From Eledone cirrhosa (taxonomy: Eukaryota), in NCBI GenBank assembly GCA_964016885.1, contig OZ024763.1:4960001-5024000 (forward strand): DNA of 64,000 nt, in the 5' to 3' direction. Position numbers and translations under genes: made by a program. Below are positions 27,438 to 43,653 of the stretch, one piece after another (the first letter of the stretch is position 1; each line of letters opens with the position of its first letter). The notes beneath the pieces were generated by a model. The model did not search any database. It worked only from the letters and a program-made list of their open reading frames with translations, and was not told where the DNA came from.

Positions 27438-27490
27438 CATATATATATAAATATATATATATATGTATATACACACATATATATATATAT

Positions 27491-27561
<71 letters not shown>

Positions 27562-27961
27562 AACACACTCACACATATATATATGTATGTGTAAAACAAC
27601 AAACTCTTGCTTGTTTACGTCTTCACAGCTCCATGGTCTGGTGTATTAACTTACATTATATATACTCTAGAGACATATATATATACACCCTCACGTACAC
27701 ATGCATACTAGCGCGTACACATACATATACACATGTACCCACAACCTCTGCCCACACATACGTATACATACCCTTACATACACACACACAAATATATATA
27801 TATATATACATACATATATACATATATATATACACATATATATGTATATATATATATATATATATATACATATATATGTATATATATATATACATATATA
27901 TATACATATATATGTATATATATATATACATATATATATACATATATATGTATATATATAA

Positions 27962-28020
<59 letters not shown>

Positions 28021-28068
28021 AGAGTATTGAAGTTTGCTTGAAGCATTGTCGAACAAAACGACCAAAAG

Positions 28069-28114
<46 letters not shown>

Positions 28115-28128
28115 CACGAATATGCATG

Positions 28129-28204
<76 letters not shown>

Positions 28205-28622
28205 CATACATACATACACATATATACATACATACATACATACATACATACATACATACATACATACATACATACATACATACATACATACATACATACA
28301 CACACTGATAGAAGTGAAATATATGCTGTGTTTCTGTCTAATAGCTTTAGCATCTCGTAAGCAGATTGTAATGCCATAGCTCGGCAGACATAATTAACCT
28401 AGCTCCACCGATTCCTGCTGATTACAACAGTCAACCCAATGAAAGCCTTTTTCTTCTTCGTAGAATTCTGTGAAGGACACAGAAATATCACATTTGATTG
28501 CGTGAAACTTTAAGTAGTGCAGTGCAAACTTTTCTGGGAGGGGATTGTTGCATTTAAAACTGCAGAAGCTTAACTGTATAATAACTACAACAACTGCTAC
28601 AGCATTATTTTGCTTTATTAAA

Positions 28623-29132
28623 GGGCGGTGGATTGGCAGTATCGGTAGAGGGTCGGACGCCATGCTAGGGCGGTGGATTGGCAGTATCGGTAGAGGGTCG
28701 GACGCCATGCTAGGGCGGTGGATTGGCAGTATCGGTAGAGGGTCGGACGCCATGTTAGGGCGGTGGATTGGCAGTATCGGTAGAGGGTCGGACGCCATGT
28801 TAGGGCGGTGGATTGGCAGTATCGGTAGAGGGTCGGACGCCATGTTAGGGCGGTGGATTGGCAGTATCGGTAGAGGGTCGGACGCCATGTTAGGGCGGTG
28901 GATTGGCAGTATCGGTAGAGGGTCGGACGCCATGTTAGGGCGGTGGATTGGCAGTATCGGTAGAGGGTCGGACGCCATGCTTTGCAGCATAGAGTTACGG
29001 CGCTTTATGATCTGAGTTCAAATCCCGCCGAGGTTAACTTTGCCTTTCATCCTTACGGGGGTCGATAAAATAAAGTACCAGTAATGCACTGAGGTAATTG
29101 CTGGCCTTGTGCCAAAAGTAGAAACAATTATT
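28623..29132 (+). mobile_element. SINE family 2 with its 45-bp A-box head in 8 tandem copies
   Basis: GGGCGGTGGATTGGCAGTATCGGTAGAGGGTCGGACGCCATG(C/T)TA at 28623+45n up to 28938. The last unit continues into the SINE body. Confidence 0.9.
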
Positions 29133-30569
29133 TTACTTTATTTTGCATTGTTTTGTCTCACTGCACCACTAACAACAACAACAATAACAGTAGCAGCAAC
29201 AACAGCAGCAACTGTGATAACAACAACAACAACAGCAATTGTGACAACATCTTACCAAAAAATAATTGTTTCTGATTTAGGCAGAAAGCCAACAATTTTG
29301 GTGGGAGGGGAAAGTCAATTAAATCGACCGCAGTATGTTACTGGTACTTTATTTTATCGACCCTGTAAAGAAAAAAGGCAAAGCTAACTTCGGCGGGATT
29401 TGAATTCAGAACGTAAACGGCCGTAACTCTATGCTGCGATATATATCATCTGACGCTCTACCGATTACTGCCAACCCACCAGCCTTATTAATGACAAGTA
29501 ATTGTTTCACCTTTGACACAAGACCAACAATTACCTCAGTACATTACTGGTAATTTAATGACAAATAATAACACTTGATTACGTGAAATTATAAGTAGTG
29601 GAATTTTAAGAGTAAACCTAATCACAGAAACCTACTTCTGCTAATCTTTACACATTAGAAATACTGCTGTGTCGCTTTATTTGGCCTAATTGCACTTCTA
29701 AAACAACAACAACAACATAATTCTTTCTAACAATGGCATGTTGTTGTTGTTTCTGTGTTTTGTCTCAGTTAAGTTTCATATAATCATAACAACGGGGTGA
29801 CCAAGATAACAATTACAATTGCTCAAAGACGGTTACGATTTGCAGGACATTGCTGGAGAAGTAAGTTGGAAGTTAGTCAAAGATTGAGTGACACTTTAAA
29901 GCAGAGACATTTTGGGAGTGGTGTTTATTTGAAACCGTAACAAAACTACTTTTGTTAAAAACCTAAAGCTCCGCCTAGTGTCAGGGTAACTGCTGCATAC
30001 CTTTATTTTATCTTACTCTACCTCTGAAGAAGAAGAAGAAGAAGAAGAAGAAGAAGAAGAAGAAGAAGAAGAAGAAGAAGAAGAAGAAAAAAAATTGATA
30101 AATACCACATTTGGTTGCATGTAATTCTAAGCAGTTGCAAAAACCTCGGAATGTGCAGCTGCAATAGTAAGAACATGTAGTAGATATTGGTATATCTTTT
30201 AAGATACTAAGTTAAGTTGCACCACATACATACATACATACATACATACATACATGCATACATACATACATACATACATACTTACATGCATGTATACACA
30301 CATACATACATACTTACATATATACATGCATGTATACATACATACATGCATACATACATATTTACATATATACATACTTACATATATACATACATACATG
30401 CATACACACATACATACATACTTACATATATACATGCATGTATACATACATACATGCATACATACATATTTACATATATACATACTTACATATATACATA
30501 CATACATGCATACATACATACATACATACATATATACATACTTACATACATACATGCATGTATACATGG

Positions 30570-31127
30570 TGGCTGCCAACTCGTTTTCGAGTACGGCCAC
30601 TACTTTATATCCATGTAGGAGAACCCCTACCGATGCGCTAAACAAGTGTGACTTTTAGTCCAGCCAGCGACTTGAAAACTCTGGTACAAACACTACACCT
30701 GTGACAATTATTGACACATAGTGTTGGGCCTTTGGTACCATGTGACGACAAGTGTAGAGAGATCTCCAGATATAAAGCAATGCCTGTGCTGTGAAGCTTT
30801 TATAGTGAGCAAAGGCACTGCACAAAGCCAGTCCCACTCTCTTAACCAAGATGATATTTACCAAAAAGAAGAACAGGTCAACATCATTGGATACCATCAG
30901 GATTGCAGGTGTTATATCAGAGTTTTCCTTCTCCTAGAATTCTGCCTTGACAAAGGCTAAGGGGTCATCTCTCCCGGTGATTTTGGATGGCTATTGACTC
31001 TTAAGAGCTCCCTTGCCCTTTGACAGGTTTTGTTTTTAGTCCTGCAGGATGTCCAAAGTCACCCTCCTCACCAAGAAACCTTGGTGGGGTTGCCAGTTTA
31101 GTCGCCAACGACCCGACCATGAGACAG
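30570..31127 (-). mobile_element. Dispersed ~560-bp repeat embedded in (TACA)n
   Basis: Reverse complement of 46835-47406. Confidence 0.85.
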
Positions 31128-31642
31128 GTATACATACATACATGCATACATACATACTTACATATATACATACTTACATATATACATACTTACATATATA
31201 CTTACATATATGCATACATACATACATACTTACATATATACATACATACATACATACATACATACATACATACTTACATATATACATACATGCATGCATA
31301 CATACATACATACATACATACATACATACATACATACATACATACATACATACATACATACATACATGGATACATACATAGATGCATGCACCAGAAAATG
31401 CAATCTTACGTTGTTGCTTTAAGCTACGTAATTGCAATGTAATGCATCTTGGCAGCTTTTTTTTAAAAAAAAAAGCCCTGCTAAATGTGCACCCGTAATA
31501 CGTCTGCACATCGGCACTAAAGTATTCACAGATGTTTCTAGTAATAATATCTGGCAGATAAACAGGTAGATAGATAGGTAAGTAGGTAGATAGATAGACA
31601 GGTAGAGACATAGGAGGATAGATAGATAGATAAATAGGTAGG

Positions 31643-31684
<42 letters not shown>

Positions 31685-32072
31685 TGTTTCTTTATTAGCC
31701 ACAGGGGCACAAAAGAAGGGGACAAATACAAAGGGGGAAGTTTACAGACAATAAAAACGTGTAAAATGTTATCACAAATGCAATTTAAAAAGTTAGTCGA
31801 TTTTCCCCAATAGGGGGAGACAGTTCATATGGGTAACACATACCCCCGAAAAATTGTGCAACCCTCATCTCCAGGAGTACGAAGAGTTTGTACTCTTTTC
31901 TTCTCCTCCTCCTTTTCCTCAACCTACAGGCTGATATAGAGAGAAGGCCCATTCACTCGGACCATTCTCGGCACTTTCACCCACCTTTCATAAAACTTGC
32001 TGGGGTGCAGCACCTCTCTCTCCATCCTGATTCTTCTTCCAAAGTGGTATTTGAAATAAAGAATCAGTTGTT
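31685..32072 (-). mobile_element. 5'-truncated LINE (L1/Tx1-like ORF end plus 3' UTR) in a (GATA)n tract
   Basis: Minus frame QQLILYFKYHFGRRIRMEREVLHPSKFYERW...*, then a UTR ending AATAAAGAAAC. Family call is by resemblance only. Confidence 0.45.
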
Positions 32073-33044
32073 GATAGATAGATAGATAGATAGAGAGAGA
32101 GATAGGTAGATAGGTAGATAGACAGGTAGATAAGATATAAACATAGATACATTGATATAGATAGATAGATAGAGACGTATATATATATATAGATATAAAT
32201 AGAGACTTAAATAGATAAATAGATAGATAGATAGATAGATGGATGCATAGAAAGGTAGATAGGCAGGTAAATACATAAATAGATACATAGACATAGATAG
32301 ATAGATGGACAGATAGATTGATAGATAAAGAGATATAGACATCAGGGACGGTGGAACTGGAGAGTGGAGGGGGCGGGTGGGGGTGGGGGGCATTTCCCCA
32401 CCCCAATAATTATATATTTTCTCCCCAAACTACCCAAACATACCTCTATTTGTATATGCGCTACAATTAATGTACATGCTATGTAGAGAGCGAGAGGGGG
32501 AGAGTTTCGTGTAGTAGATATAGAGAGGGGGAGAGTTTCGTGTTAATTGATATAGAGAGGGGGATTGGGAGAGTACATGCCTTAGACCGAACGTTCTGTT
32601 TAAGGCTTGCACTCTGGCGTGTTTTTATCTCTGAGTATTCCTCTGAAGGAATAATTATTCCACTGATGGTAAATTTCGTTCGCTGTTTGATTGGACTATC
32701 TTCCAGCAACGTCATTGAAAACCATAACGTTTCTTCTCTGAAGATTCTATGAAAATATTCTTTATAATAATTGTTTTTACTTTTGACACAAGGCCAGCAA
32801 TTATCTCAGTACATTACTGGTACTTTATTTTATCGACCCCGTAAGGATGAAAGGCAAAGTTAACCTCGACGGGATTTGCATACGTACACACATACATTTA
32901 TAGGACAGTTATACTGGTATTGCTTAGATGAAACACTGTGTAGGGAGTAAATTTTGTTTTTGAATGTATTACCTTCGCGTGTGTGTGTGTGTGTGTGTGC
33001 GTGTGTGTATTGGAAAATGTGTGAAATCCTTGGCACAATTAGCA

Positions 33045-33175
33045 ATATTTGAAAAAAGGAAAAGAATGACTTCACTTGTTGTTCTAAACAATTTGATTTC
33101 ATATTATAATATTATAAAATTAAATCAAATTGTTTAGAACTACAAGTGAAGTCATTCTTTTCCCTTTTACAAATA
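33045..33175. repeat. Fold-back palindrome with ~55-bp imperfect arms abutting (TA)n
   Basis: GGAAAAGAATGACTTCACTTGT.GTTCTAAACAATTTGATTT followed by its reverse complement. Confidence 0.85.
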
Positions 33176-33410
33176 TATATATATATATATATATATGATA
33201 ATAATTATGGCTGCGCGTTGCAAATGGTGGTGCATATGAAAAAGTAAGTCCTTCATCAGTGACCCTCCAACCGTCCCAGGCATTTCATCGCTTTAAGGGC
33301 CATATGACTCAGGTTGGTGCGAACAACGGTTAAAAAAAGTCGTTGGGACACGTAAATAAAGGGGACGTTAGGGTAACAAACAAAATGGTTTAAGCAACGG
33401 AAAGTGAGAA

Positions 33411-33494
<84 letters not shown>

Positions 33495-34303
33495 CGAGAG
33501 AGAGAGAAAAGCGATGGAGGGCTATATAGACAGATGGAATGGCAGACAGATAAGTAAATAGGTAAAGAAACAGGTAAACAGATATCTAGATAAATAGATA
33601 GATAAACAAAGAGATAACTTTCTGAGATAGACAGACAATCAGGCATGTTGATAAGCAGCAGACATACAAACACATAGATGAAGCTATTAAATAGACTAGG
33701 AGAAGATTAGCAATAAACAGAATCTGACGCTACAGAAGTAGTCAGAAATACTGGAGGTGAGTAAGGGTGTAAGAAATACGTCAATTTCTTGCAAAATATT
33801 CCCAAAACGTTCCTCGTGGGCAATGACTGGCGGGTAGAAATTCTGAAATCTTCGTTAATTGGGTAACAAAGAAAGGGTAGGAAACTTGCTTAAGGTTTCA
33901 AAATGCAAAGGAAAAATATTATTCCAGAAAACATATATTCTAAAAAATATGTGGCATGGACCCATAACTCATGAGGGTGTCGGTGTTTCTTAAGATATTT
34001 TATAACCTGACAGATCTCATCCCCTTTCCAGAGAAGGATAGAGAATGAGAGAGAATGATATCTGATAAGTGAGGAAGAATCTACGCCCAGTACTTGACTG
34101 GTACTTTTATCAACTTTGAATTGATGAAAGGCAAAGTTTACTTCGGCCGGAAACAATACCACAAAGAAATCTATCTGACGTTCTAACGACTCTGACAATT
34201 GACCGCCTAAAAAATATTCTAAAAAATAAATTCATATATTTTCTATCGCATATCTATATATAAATTTGAGCGACTTCCGTCCGTCACACACAATGTGTGT
34301 GTA

Positions 34304-34388
<85 letters not shown>

Positions 34389-34988
34389 CTGTGTGCGTGT
34401 GTGTGCGTGTGTGAATGTAAGTGTATGTAAAAGGAAGGAAAGGGATGGTGAAAAAAACTATAGCAAAACAGCGGCTGGTGTTCTAATTGCTACGCTGTGT
34501 GAGTGTATGTGTATGTGTGCGTTTGTGTGAATGTATGTCTCTGAGTGTATATTTTTGTAAGTGTGTCTGAGTTTGCGCGTTTATATTTATATACTCATAC
34601 ATATAAATGTATGCATATGCACATACATACACTCTCACACAAATATACACATACGCCTCAGCGTGTAGAAAAAATTCTAATAATTAAGAATTCTTGACAC
34701 AAAACATAGAATGGTGTTATGGGAAGACAACGGCGATATTGAAAGCCAGGATGAACTATAAGAATTATTTTACGTCTAAACAACAATTATTGCATTCAAT
34801 CAATTATATTAAGTGTCTTCAACGCATTGTTCCCTAGTAGCTATTTATTTATAGCAACTGTCAGTCATTTCTGTAAAATATAGTGTGGCACCGTTGTTTA
34901 TGCGCCGAAATCCTCATGATTCCCAGACGATAGCTGACGAAGGGAATTCCAATGTTTATGAGTGTTTCGCTTCGTTTAATCACCTGTC

Positions 34989-35057
<69 letters not shown>

Positions 35058-35164
35058 AAAAATATGGGGAGAAGAATACTGCATGGTTGCACATGGATTA
35101 CATGTTATAAAATGAGTCCCTCATCAGTGATTTGCCAACGATCATTGGTATTTCATATATATAT

Positions 35165-35302
35165 ATATATTAAAATACAAATATTAATAAAATAGATGTT
35201 CTTTTTATCAATTACATTATATTATACATATTTCAGATGTACAACAGTACGTCCTCATCTTGTACATCTGAAATATGTATAATAAAATGTAATTGATAAA
35301 AA
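35165..35302 (-). mobile_element. Fold-back element truncated within the hammerhead core
   Basis: Arms 35202-35244 and 35260-35302. Minus strand GATGAGGACGTAC-TGTT-GTACATCT-GAAATATGTATA. Related to 54383-54449. Confidence 0.7.
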
Positions 35303-35480
35303 TATATATATATATATGTGTATATATATATATATGTATATATATGTATATATATATGTGTATATATATATATGTATATATAAATATATGTATATATATA
35401 TGTATATACACATATATATATATGTGCATATATATACATATATATGTATATATATATATATATATACATATATATACATA

Positions 35481-35554
<74 letters not shown>

Positions 35555-35640
35555 TATACATATATATGTATATATATATATACATATATATACATATATA
35601 TGTATATATATATATATATATATATACATATATGTACATA

Positions 35641-35695
<55 letters not shown>

Positions 35696-35958
35696 TACAC
35701 TATATATATATTTATCTCTATCTCACACACATACTCTCTCTCTCTGACTAAAATAGATAAATTTAAGAGAAAAGTAAAATAATAATGTAACAATATAAAA
35801 CAACACCAGCAACAACAACAACAACAACAACAACAGCAACAATAACTAACAAAACAGTTGCACAACGAGGGAAATTAGATTAACATGATGTGTGTATGTC
35901 AGTGGTGCCGAATACACACACGTCAGCTTACTGACACACACACAGTGCATTATATATA

Positions 35959-35990
<32 letters not shown>

Positions 35991-36028
35991 CACATATATA
36001 TATATATATGTATGTATGTATATATATG

Positions 36029-36100
<72 letters not shown>

Positions 36101-36157
36101 AATATATATATGTATATATATATATATGTATGTATAAAATCAAGGTTTAGCAAATAA

Positions 36158-36232
<75 letters not shown>

Positions 36233-36327
36233 TATATGTGTGTGTGTGTATGTGTATATGTACATATATATATGTATATTCATACATATATGAATATACA
36301 TATATATAGATACATATACACATACAC

Positions 36328-36403
<76 letters not shown>

Positions 36404-36420
36404 CTATATATATATGTATT

Positions 36421-36470
<50 letters not shown>

Positions 36471-36586
36471 TGCGTGTGTGTGTGTTTATGAATCTAAACC
36501 AGGTGTGGTGCGATCTGTGAGAAAAAAAGAGACAGAAATAGAGAGACGGGACGAAGAGAGAGGGAAAGAGAGAGTAGGGAAAGAGA

Positions 36587-36645
<59 letters not shown>

Positions 36646-37183
36646 TGAGAGAGAGAGAGTAGAGAAAGAGAGTAAGAGAGAGAGTGAGATAGTGAGAGAG
36701 AGAGAGAGTGGGAGAGAGAGAGAGTAAGAGAGAGAGAGAGAGAGAGAGTGAGATAGTGAGAGAGAGAGAGAGTGGGAGAGAGATAGATAGATAGAGAGAG
36801 AGAGAGTAGAGAAATAGAGTAAGACAGAGAGAGAGTGAGATAGTGAGAGAGAGAGAGAGAGTGAGATAGTGAGAGTGAGGGAGTGAGAGAGAACGAGAGA
36901 GAGAGAGCACTGCAAGTTAGAGATAACGTGGGCAGCTGAGATAGGGAGTAGGGTGAGGGCGGGTTGATAGGTGGTGTTGACACAGAGAGTAAATAGGAAA
37001 GTGGCTGCCTTAGTGTGGGTAGAAATGTAGGGGGTGGGGTCTGGGTGTGGTGTGTGGTGGGAGGATGAGTGTGTGGTAGGAGGGTGTGTGTGTGGGGGGC
37101 AGGGTAGATCACTGATGTGTCAAACAACCCCAGTAGCAAGGAGTCTGCCTGCCTTAACACAGATTTTTCTTGTCTGGAACAAA

Positions 37184-38575
37184 ATAGTTACTGGTAAGAC
37201 TTAAACACATGTAAATATAACAGTTACTGGTATGACTTAAACCAATATGAATATATCAGTTATTGGTAGAACTGAATATAACAGTTACTGGTAAGACTTA
37301 AACCCATATGAATATAACAGTTACTGGTAAGACTTAAACTGCATAAATATAACAGTTACTGGTAAGACTTAAACCTACATAAATATAACAGTTACTGGTA
37401 AGACTTAAGCCTACATAAATATAACAGTTACTGGTAAGACTTAAACTACATAAATATAACAGTTACTGGTAAGACTTAAACCTACATAAATATAACAGTT
37501 ACTGGTAAGACTTAAACCTACATAAATATAACAGTTATTGGTAAGACTTAAACTACATAAATATAACAGTTACTGGTAAGACTTAAACTACATAAATATA
37601 ACAGTTACTGGTAAGACTTAAACCTACATAAATATAACAGTTACTGGTAAGACTTAAGCCTACATAAATATAACAGTTACTGGTAAGATTTAAACTACAT
37701 AAATATAACAGTTACTGGTAAGACTTAAACTATATAAATATAACCGTTACTGGTAAGACTTAAACTACATAAATATAACAGTTACTGGTAAGACTTAAAC
37801 TACATAAATATAACAGTTACTGGTAAGACTTAAACTACATAAATATAACAGTCACTGGTAAGACTTAAACTATATAAATATAACCGTTACTGGTAAGACT
37901 TAAACTACATAAATATAACAGTTACTGGTAAGACTTAAACTACATAAATATAACCGTTACTGGTAAGACTTAAACTACATAAATATAACAGTCACTGGTA
38001 AGACTTAAACCTACATAAATATAACAGTTACTGGTAAGACTTAAGCCTACATAAATATAACAGTTACTGGTAAGACTTAAACTACATAAATATAACAGTT
38101 ACTGGTAAGACTTAAACTATATAAATATAACCGTTACTGGTAAGACTTAAACTACATAAATATAACAGTTACTGGTAAGACTTAAACTACATAAATATAA
38201 CAGTTACTGGTAAGACTTAAACTACATAAATATAACAGTCACTGGTAAGACTTAAACTATATAAATATAACCGTTACTGGTAAGACTTAAACTACATAAA
38301 TATAACAGTTATTGGTAAGACTTAAACTACATAAATATAACAGTTACTGGTAAGACTTAAACTACATAAATATAACAGTTACTGGTAAGACTTAAACTAT
38401 ATAAATATAACAGTTACTGGTAAGACTTAAACTATATAAATATAACAGTTACTGGTAAGACTTAAACTATATAAATATAACAGTTACTGGTAAGACTTAA
38501 ACCCATATGGAGATAACAGTTACTGGTAAGATTTAGACCTATATAAATATAACAGTTACTGCTAAGACTTAAACC
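37184..38575. repeat. Minisatellite, 35-36 bp unit, ~39 copies
   Basis: Unit AAATATAACAGTTACTGGTAAGACTTAAACTACAT. Confidence 0.97.
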
Positions 38576-39154
38576 CTATGAAAAGGAAATAAATGAAATG
38601 GCTATTAAAGGGAAATAAAATGACTGTGGGAGGGGAGGCTAAATTTTGGTGGCAGAATAATTAAGGATCACTTTTAATCCCCTGGAAGACACGAAACTTA
38701 TAGGATTTGCTTAGGGCCTCAAATTTCATATAGTTTAGGGCTTCGGCCGGTGAGAGTTCGACCCTGGCACTAACATAGAGTCACATTTGGGGACTGCGGA
38801 TTACTATAGAGCCGGAGAGCCATTATTACTACGTATATAAAATGCAGTGAAAGTTAGAGAAATAGTTAATAAAATTATTTATAATTCTTGCAACGGGAAC
38901 GAACAAATAAACAAAAAAAAAAAAGATAAGTATACCTCTTCTCTCTAAGGTACCAAGATGGATGTTAAAGCTATATAGTTAAAAGGGAAAATTTTGTGAT
39001 GGTCTACTGAGGTACGAGATAACGCGAGGTTATGGATCACGTGATTAATATCTAACACTCCCAGCGTTTTTATCTTTGAAAGATTATTCCGAGTTTACAT
39101 TCCGTTCCGAGGTTTTAGCCGAGAAATATTTTCAGGAACATAAATTGTTTCAAA

Positions 39155-39231
<77 letters not shown>

Positions 39232-39604
39232 GAGACAGACGGACACACTCACATATATATACAGATAGATAGAAAAAGACATACACATGCAAGCAGACAG
39301 AAACACATATATACACACGTACACGTACAGACACGTACACACACGTACCCACAAACATACAGAGACTGACACACACGCACTCTCACATACACCCACATGC
39401 AAGCAGACAGAAACACATGTACACACACACACATACAGAGACACACATATACACATACACACACGTACACACAGACAGACAGACAGACAGATATTATGTG
39501 TAGATATGGGAATAAAAGTGTCGGTATATATCTGATAATATGATATATATAGCTATGTGGGTATATAAAATTATAGGTAAGTATTATGTGTGTATATATA
39601 TATA

Positions 39605-39651
<47 letters not shown>

Positions 39652-39664
39652 ATATATATATATA

Positions 39665-39711
<47 letters not shown>

Positions 39712-39726
39712 ATATATATATATATA

Positions 39727-39813
<87 letters not shown>

Positions 39814-39828
39814 ATATATATATATATA

Positions 39829-39893
<65 letters not shown>

Positions 39894-39904
39894 ATATATA
39901 TATA

Positions 39905-39953
<49 letters not shown>

Positions 39954-40005
39954 GTATATATATATGTGTATATATATATATGTGTATATATATATTATAT
40001 ATATG

Positions 40006-40114
<109 letters not shown>

Positions 40115-40129
40115 GTGTGTATATATATA

Positions 40130-40241
<112 letters not shown>

Positions 40242-40250
40242 TATATGTGT

Positions 40251-40308
<58 letters not shown>

Positions 40309-40345
40309 ATATATATATATATATATGTGTGTATATATATATATA

Positions 40346-40417
<72 letters not shown>

Positions 40418-40558
40418 CATTTGTGTATGTGAGTGAGGTATATTGTTAAAAAATATAAAAAATTACAGACGCACGTCTGGGGTTTGACGTGAAGTTTGTT
40501 AAGACGCAAAATAACTCTGAAAAAACAAACAGAAGATATAAGTTTCTGCTAATATATA

Positions 40559-40763
40559 CAGGGTGTCCCGCAAAAATGTATACACACTTCAACAGCAAAA
40601 CATATGCATTAAAATAAACTGTTTTGTATGCATTATTCAAATTATGTAAACATTTTTGGGTGTTTATGTCTGTAGAACTTTTTATTTTGGGGAAAGGCTG
40701 TGCATTATAATAAATATTACCTGTACAGCTAATCAAAGTGTGGATATATTTCTCTGGGACACC

Positions 40764-40766
<3 letters not shown>
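40559..40766. mobile_element. Tc1/mariner-type MITE
   Basis: ~31-bp imperfect TIRs CAGGGTGTCCC...CACACTT, flanked by TA on both sides. Confidence 0.75.
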
Positions 40767-40830
<64 letters not shown>

Positions 40831-41582
40831 CTTCAATAAAAAATATGGCTGGATTCCAAATATTCTTTTAATGTTGCAAAATCACGCTACGTATTTCTAT
40901 GGTTAACAAGCTCACGTCATCAGGTCATGGTGCAAGACATATGGTGACATCTTCAGGTGTTATTCACATAAAAGATTAAGTAATCAGTTACTGGATTACG
41001 GCAACATATAAACAAAGTGGAGGCATGTGGCGTAGTGGTAAGTGTGTTCGACTCCTTGACTGGGTTGTGTGTTGTGTTATGAGCAAAACACTTCATTTTA
41101 AGCCGCTCCAAGTATATCAATATACCCCTTACACCCAGTCTCTTCACGACACGGAAACACGGGATAAGTATCGACTGCCTGGTGAGGCTTCGGGCTCGAG
41201 ACAAACTACAGAGATTGATAAAGACGTGAGTTTACAAACATGTTCCTGATATTTTCTGTCAGCTGAGACCCGATACTAAATGAGGGTGTTTGGTGGTGGT
41301 GGTGGCGGGGTAATAAATCTATGACGTAAAGTAGCCGAAAATTATAATTACTGGAGAGGTCATGCCACAGGTCAGAGATATCTACCAAAAATTTACTCTG
41401 CCAAGCCATGAGGTTAAATGGCAACGTAATCCACCATAGAAAGATGTTTGTGTGTTTCATAGCAGATGACGGTCGGCATACATCATCAACATCCGCTTTT
41501 GGAACACGGGATCCAAATTAATTGGACTTCCGGTCTCTCACTCCTCCACGATATCACTTCTTTTCTCGTCCACGTATGTATA

Positions 41583-41642
<60 letters not shown>

Positions 41643-41656
41643 TATATATATACATA

Positions 41657-41698
<42 letters not shown>

Positions 41699-41702
41699 TA
41701 TA

Positions 41703-41733
<31 letters not shown>

Positions 41734-41804
41734 GTATATATACACATATATATATATATACGTATAAATATATATATATATATGTATATATGTATATATA
41801 TATA

Positions 41805-41874
<70 letters not shown>

Positions 41875-42807
41875 TTATATATATGTATATATATATATAT
41901 ATATACAACTTCCACCTTTCAGAAATCCTACCAAGGTTAGCAGAGTGTAGATGTCATTTTCACACCTGTCTGACCTCTTTCGCTCTTTGGCTTCCATTTT
42001 TTTTTTACATTTTTACTCCTCTGTTCATTATTAGAAAAAAGTAGAAACAATTATTATTATTATTATTATATAGCGACCCTATACGGTTTGAGTTCAAATC
42101 CTGCCGAGGTTAACTTTGCCTTTCATTCTTACGGGGTCGATAAAATAAAGTACCAGTATTGTACTGGGTAATTGCTGGCCTTGTGCCTAAAGTAGAAACA
42201 ATTATTATATAGCGACCGACTGTTGTTACTGCTACACAGTTTAGGATTCTCACATTTTCAATATATACAGGGCCTGTCTTTTACCAGCTCAGGCCCTAAG
42301 CTATATGAAATTTGAGGCCCTTCTCTAAAATATTCGGATAAAATATTTTTAGATAATCATACATGACTTAAGTTTGGAAGCCCATAACTTGAGTGTTGGA
42401 ACTTTGAATTTCTAATTTGAAAATAATGCTTTACAGTTTACACAAAAATGAAGTGAACAAGTTTTGAATTGATATTTTGAAAAAAATTATTTACAAGAAA
42501 CAAAATAAGAATAAGTTTTAATAATGTAATTTTGATTTGATATATTACAAAAATTAATGTTTTCCAATTTTTCATGCATTTACATTTTACATTGAGTAAT
42601 ATTTGAGTAATATTGAAATGCAGAGTTTTTCTCCATAAATTATATCACTGATTTAAAATCAATCACCATTTTCTTACAAAAGAAATGTGAAACGTAGCAA
42701 GGCGCGGGTAATTCGGCTAGTATATATACATATACATATATATATATATATATAATTATAATGAAATGACAGGAGGCTGGATTTGTGTAAATCCTTGAAA
42801 GGTTTAT

Positions 42808-42866
42808 TATACTATGATCATTTCAATGACCGGGTTCCGTATGAATCCGGTGATATCATCAGGTAT
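42808..42866 (-). ncRNA. Type I hammerhead ribozyme at the 3' end of a minus-strand element (~42760-43410)
   Basis: ATAC-CTGATGA-..ACCGG/CCGGT..-GAAA-TGATCATA^GTAT, with palindromic stem III ATGATCAT. AATAAA follows. Confidence 0.8.
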
Positions 42867-43426
42867 TCGAAATATAATACGTGAATGTAATAGGTAAAAT
42901 CGATGGGGCTGAAAATCGAGACCCGAGGGCGTAGATAACAAACATGGCTGTAATATAGATAGCGATGATGTCATAGATTATTTGCAATGGCCGTAAAGGA
43001 ATCCTTATTATTAGCGCGGCGGCGTGGTTTTCAAAGTCAGGCGTAACTAATGAAGCGTGCAAGGCGTGAAAGGAAGAACAGGAAAAGAAAAGGATTATGG
43101 CGGGATTGGTGGGGCTGGGTGGGAGGGAAGAGAGGAAGAATGAAAGTGAGGTACACGTGAAGGAGAAGGAAAGGGATAGGGTGAGGGTTGAGTGAATGTA
43201 GAAGAGGTAGGAGAGGAGGGGGAGGGGTAGAGAGATAGAGGGGGGGAGATGGGTAGGGGTAGAGGGGCTAGTAGAAGTAGAGGGTGAGGGAGAAGTAGAT
43301 GGAGAAAGTGGGGGAGGTAGAAAAGGCGGGAGAGAGGGAGGGCGAGAGGGAGAGGAAAGGGGAGAAGCATTACGATTGACCATACGGAATAGACCAGCTC
43401 TATACAGTGGTGAACCTCAAACCTGA

Positions 43427-43483
<57 letters not shown>

Positions 43484-43486
<3 letters not shown>

Positions 43487-43613
43487 CGAAGGAAATGTGG
43501 TAAGGAACCAGGTGGACCATAACGCACCAAAGTACTCAATACTTGGGGTAGTAGAGTGGGTAATAGGAACCAGTAAGACCCCGACGGCTGAGCTCAAGCC
43601 GTTTCGACGGCTA

Positions 43614-43617
<4 letters not shown>
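43484..43617 (-). mobile_element. Family C element without inversion
   Basis: Matches 45523-45657. TA tracts on both sides. Confidence 0.85.

Positions 43618-43649
<32 letters not shown>

Positions 43650-43653
<4 letters not shown>

Noticed and set aside
33245-35130. Extra CTGANGA hits (33256-, 34933+, 35122-; also 3294+ and 63457-)
   Set aside because: No properly placed stem II-GAAA-stem III. The 7-mer is expected by chance.
40883-40928. Minus-strand CTGATGA...GAAATACGTA hammerhead candidate
   Set aside because: Both core halves are present, but stems I and II pair poorly. Probably decayed, so not called.
42690-42721. Helitron-like 3' end (GC-rich segment then CTAG|T)
   Set aside because: The hairpin is degenerate, and no 5' end or second copy was found.
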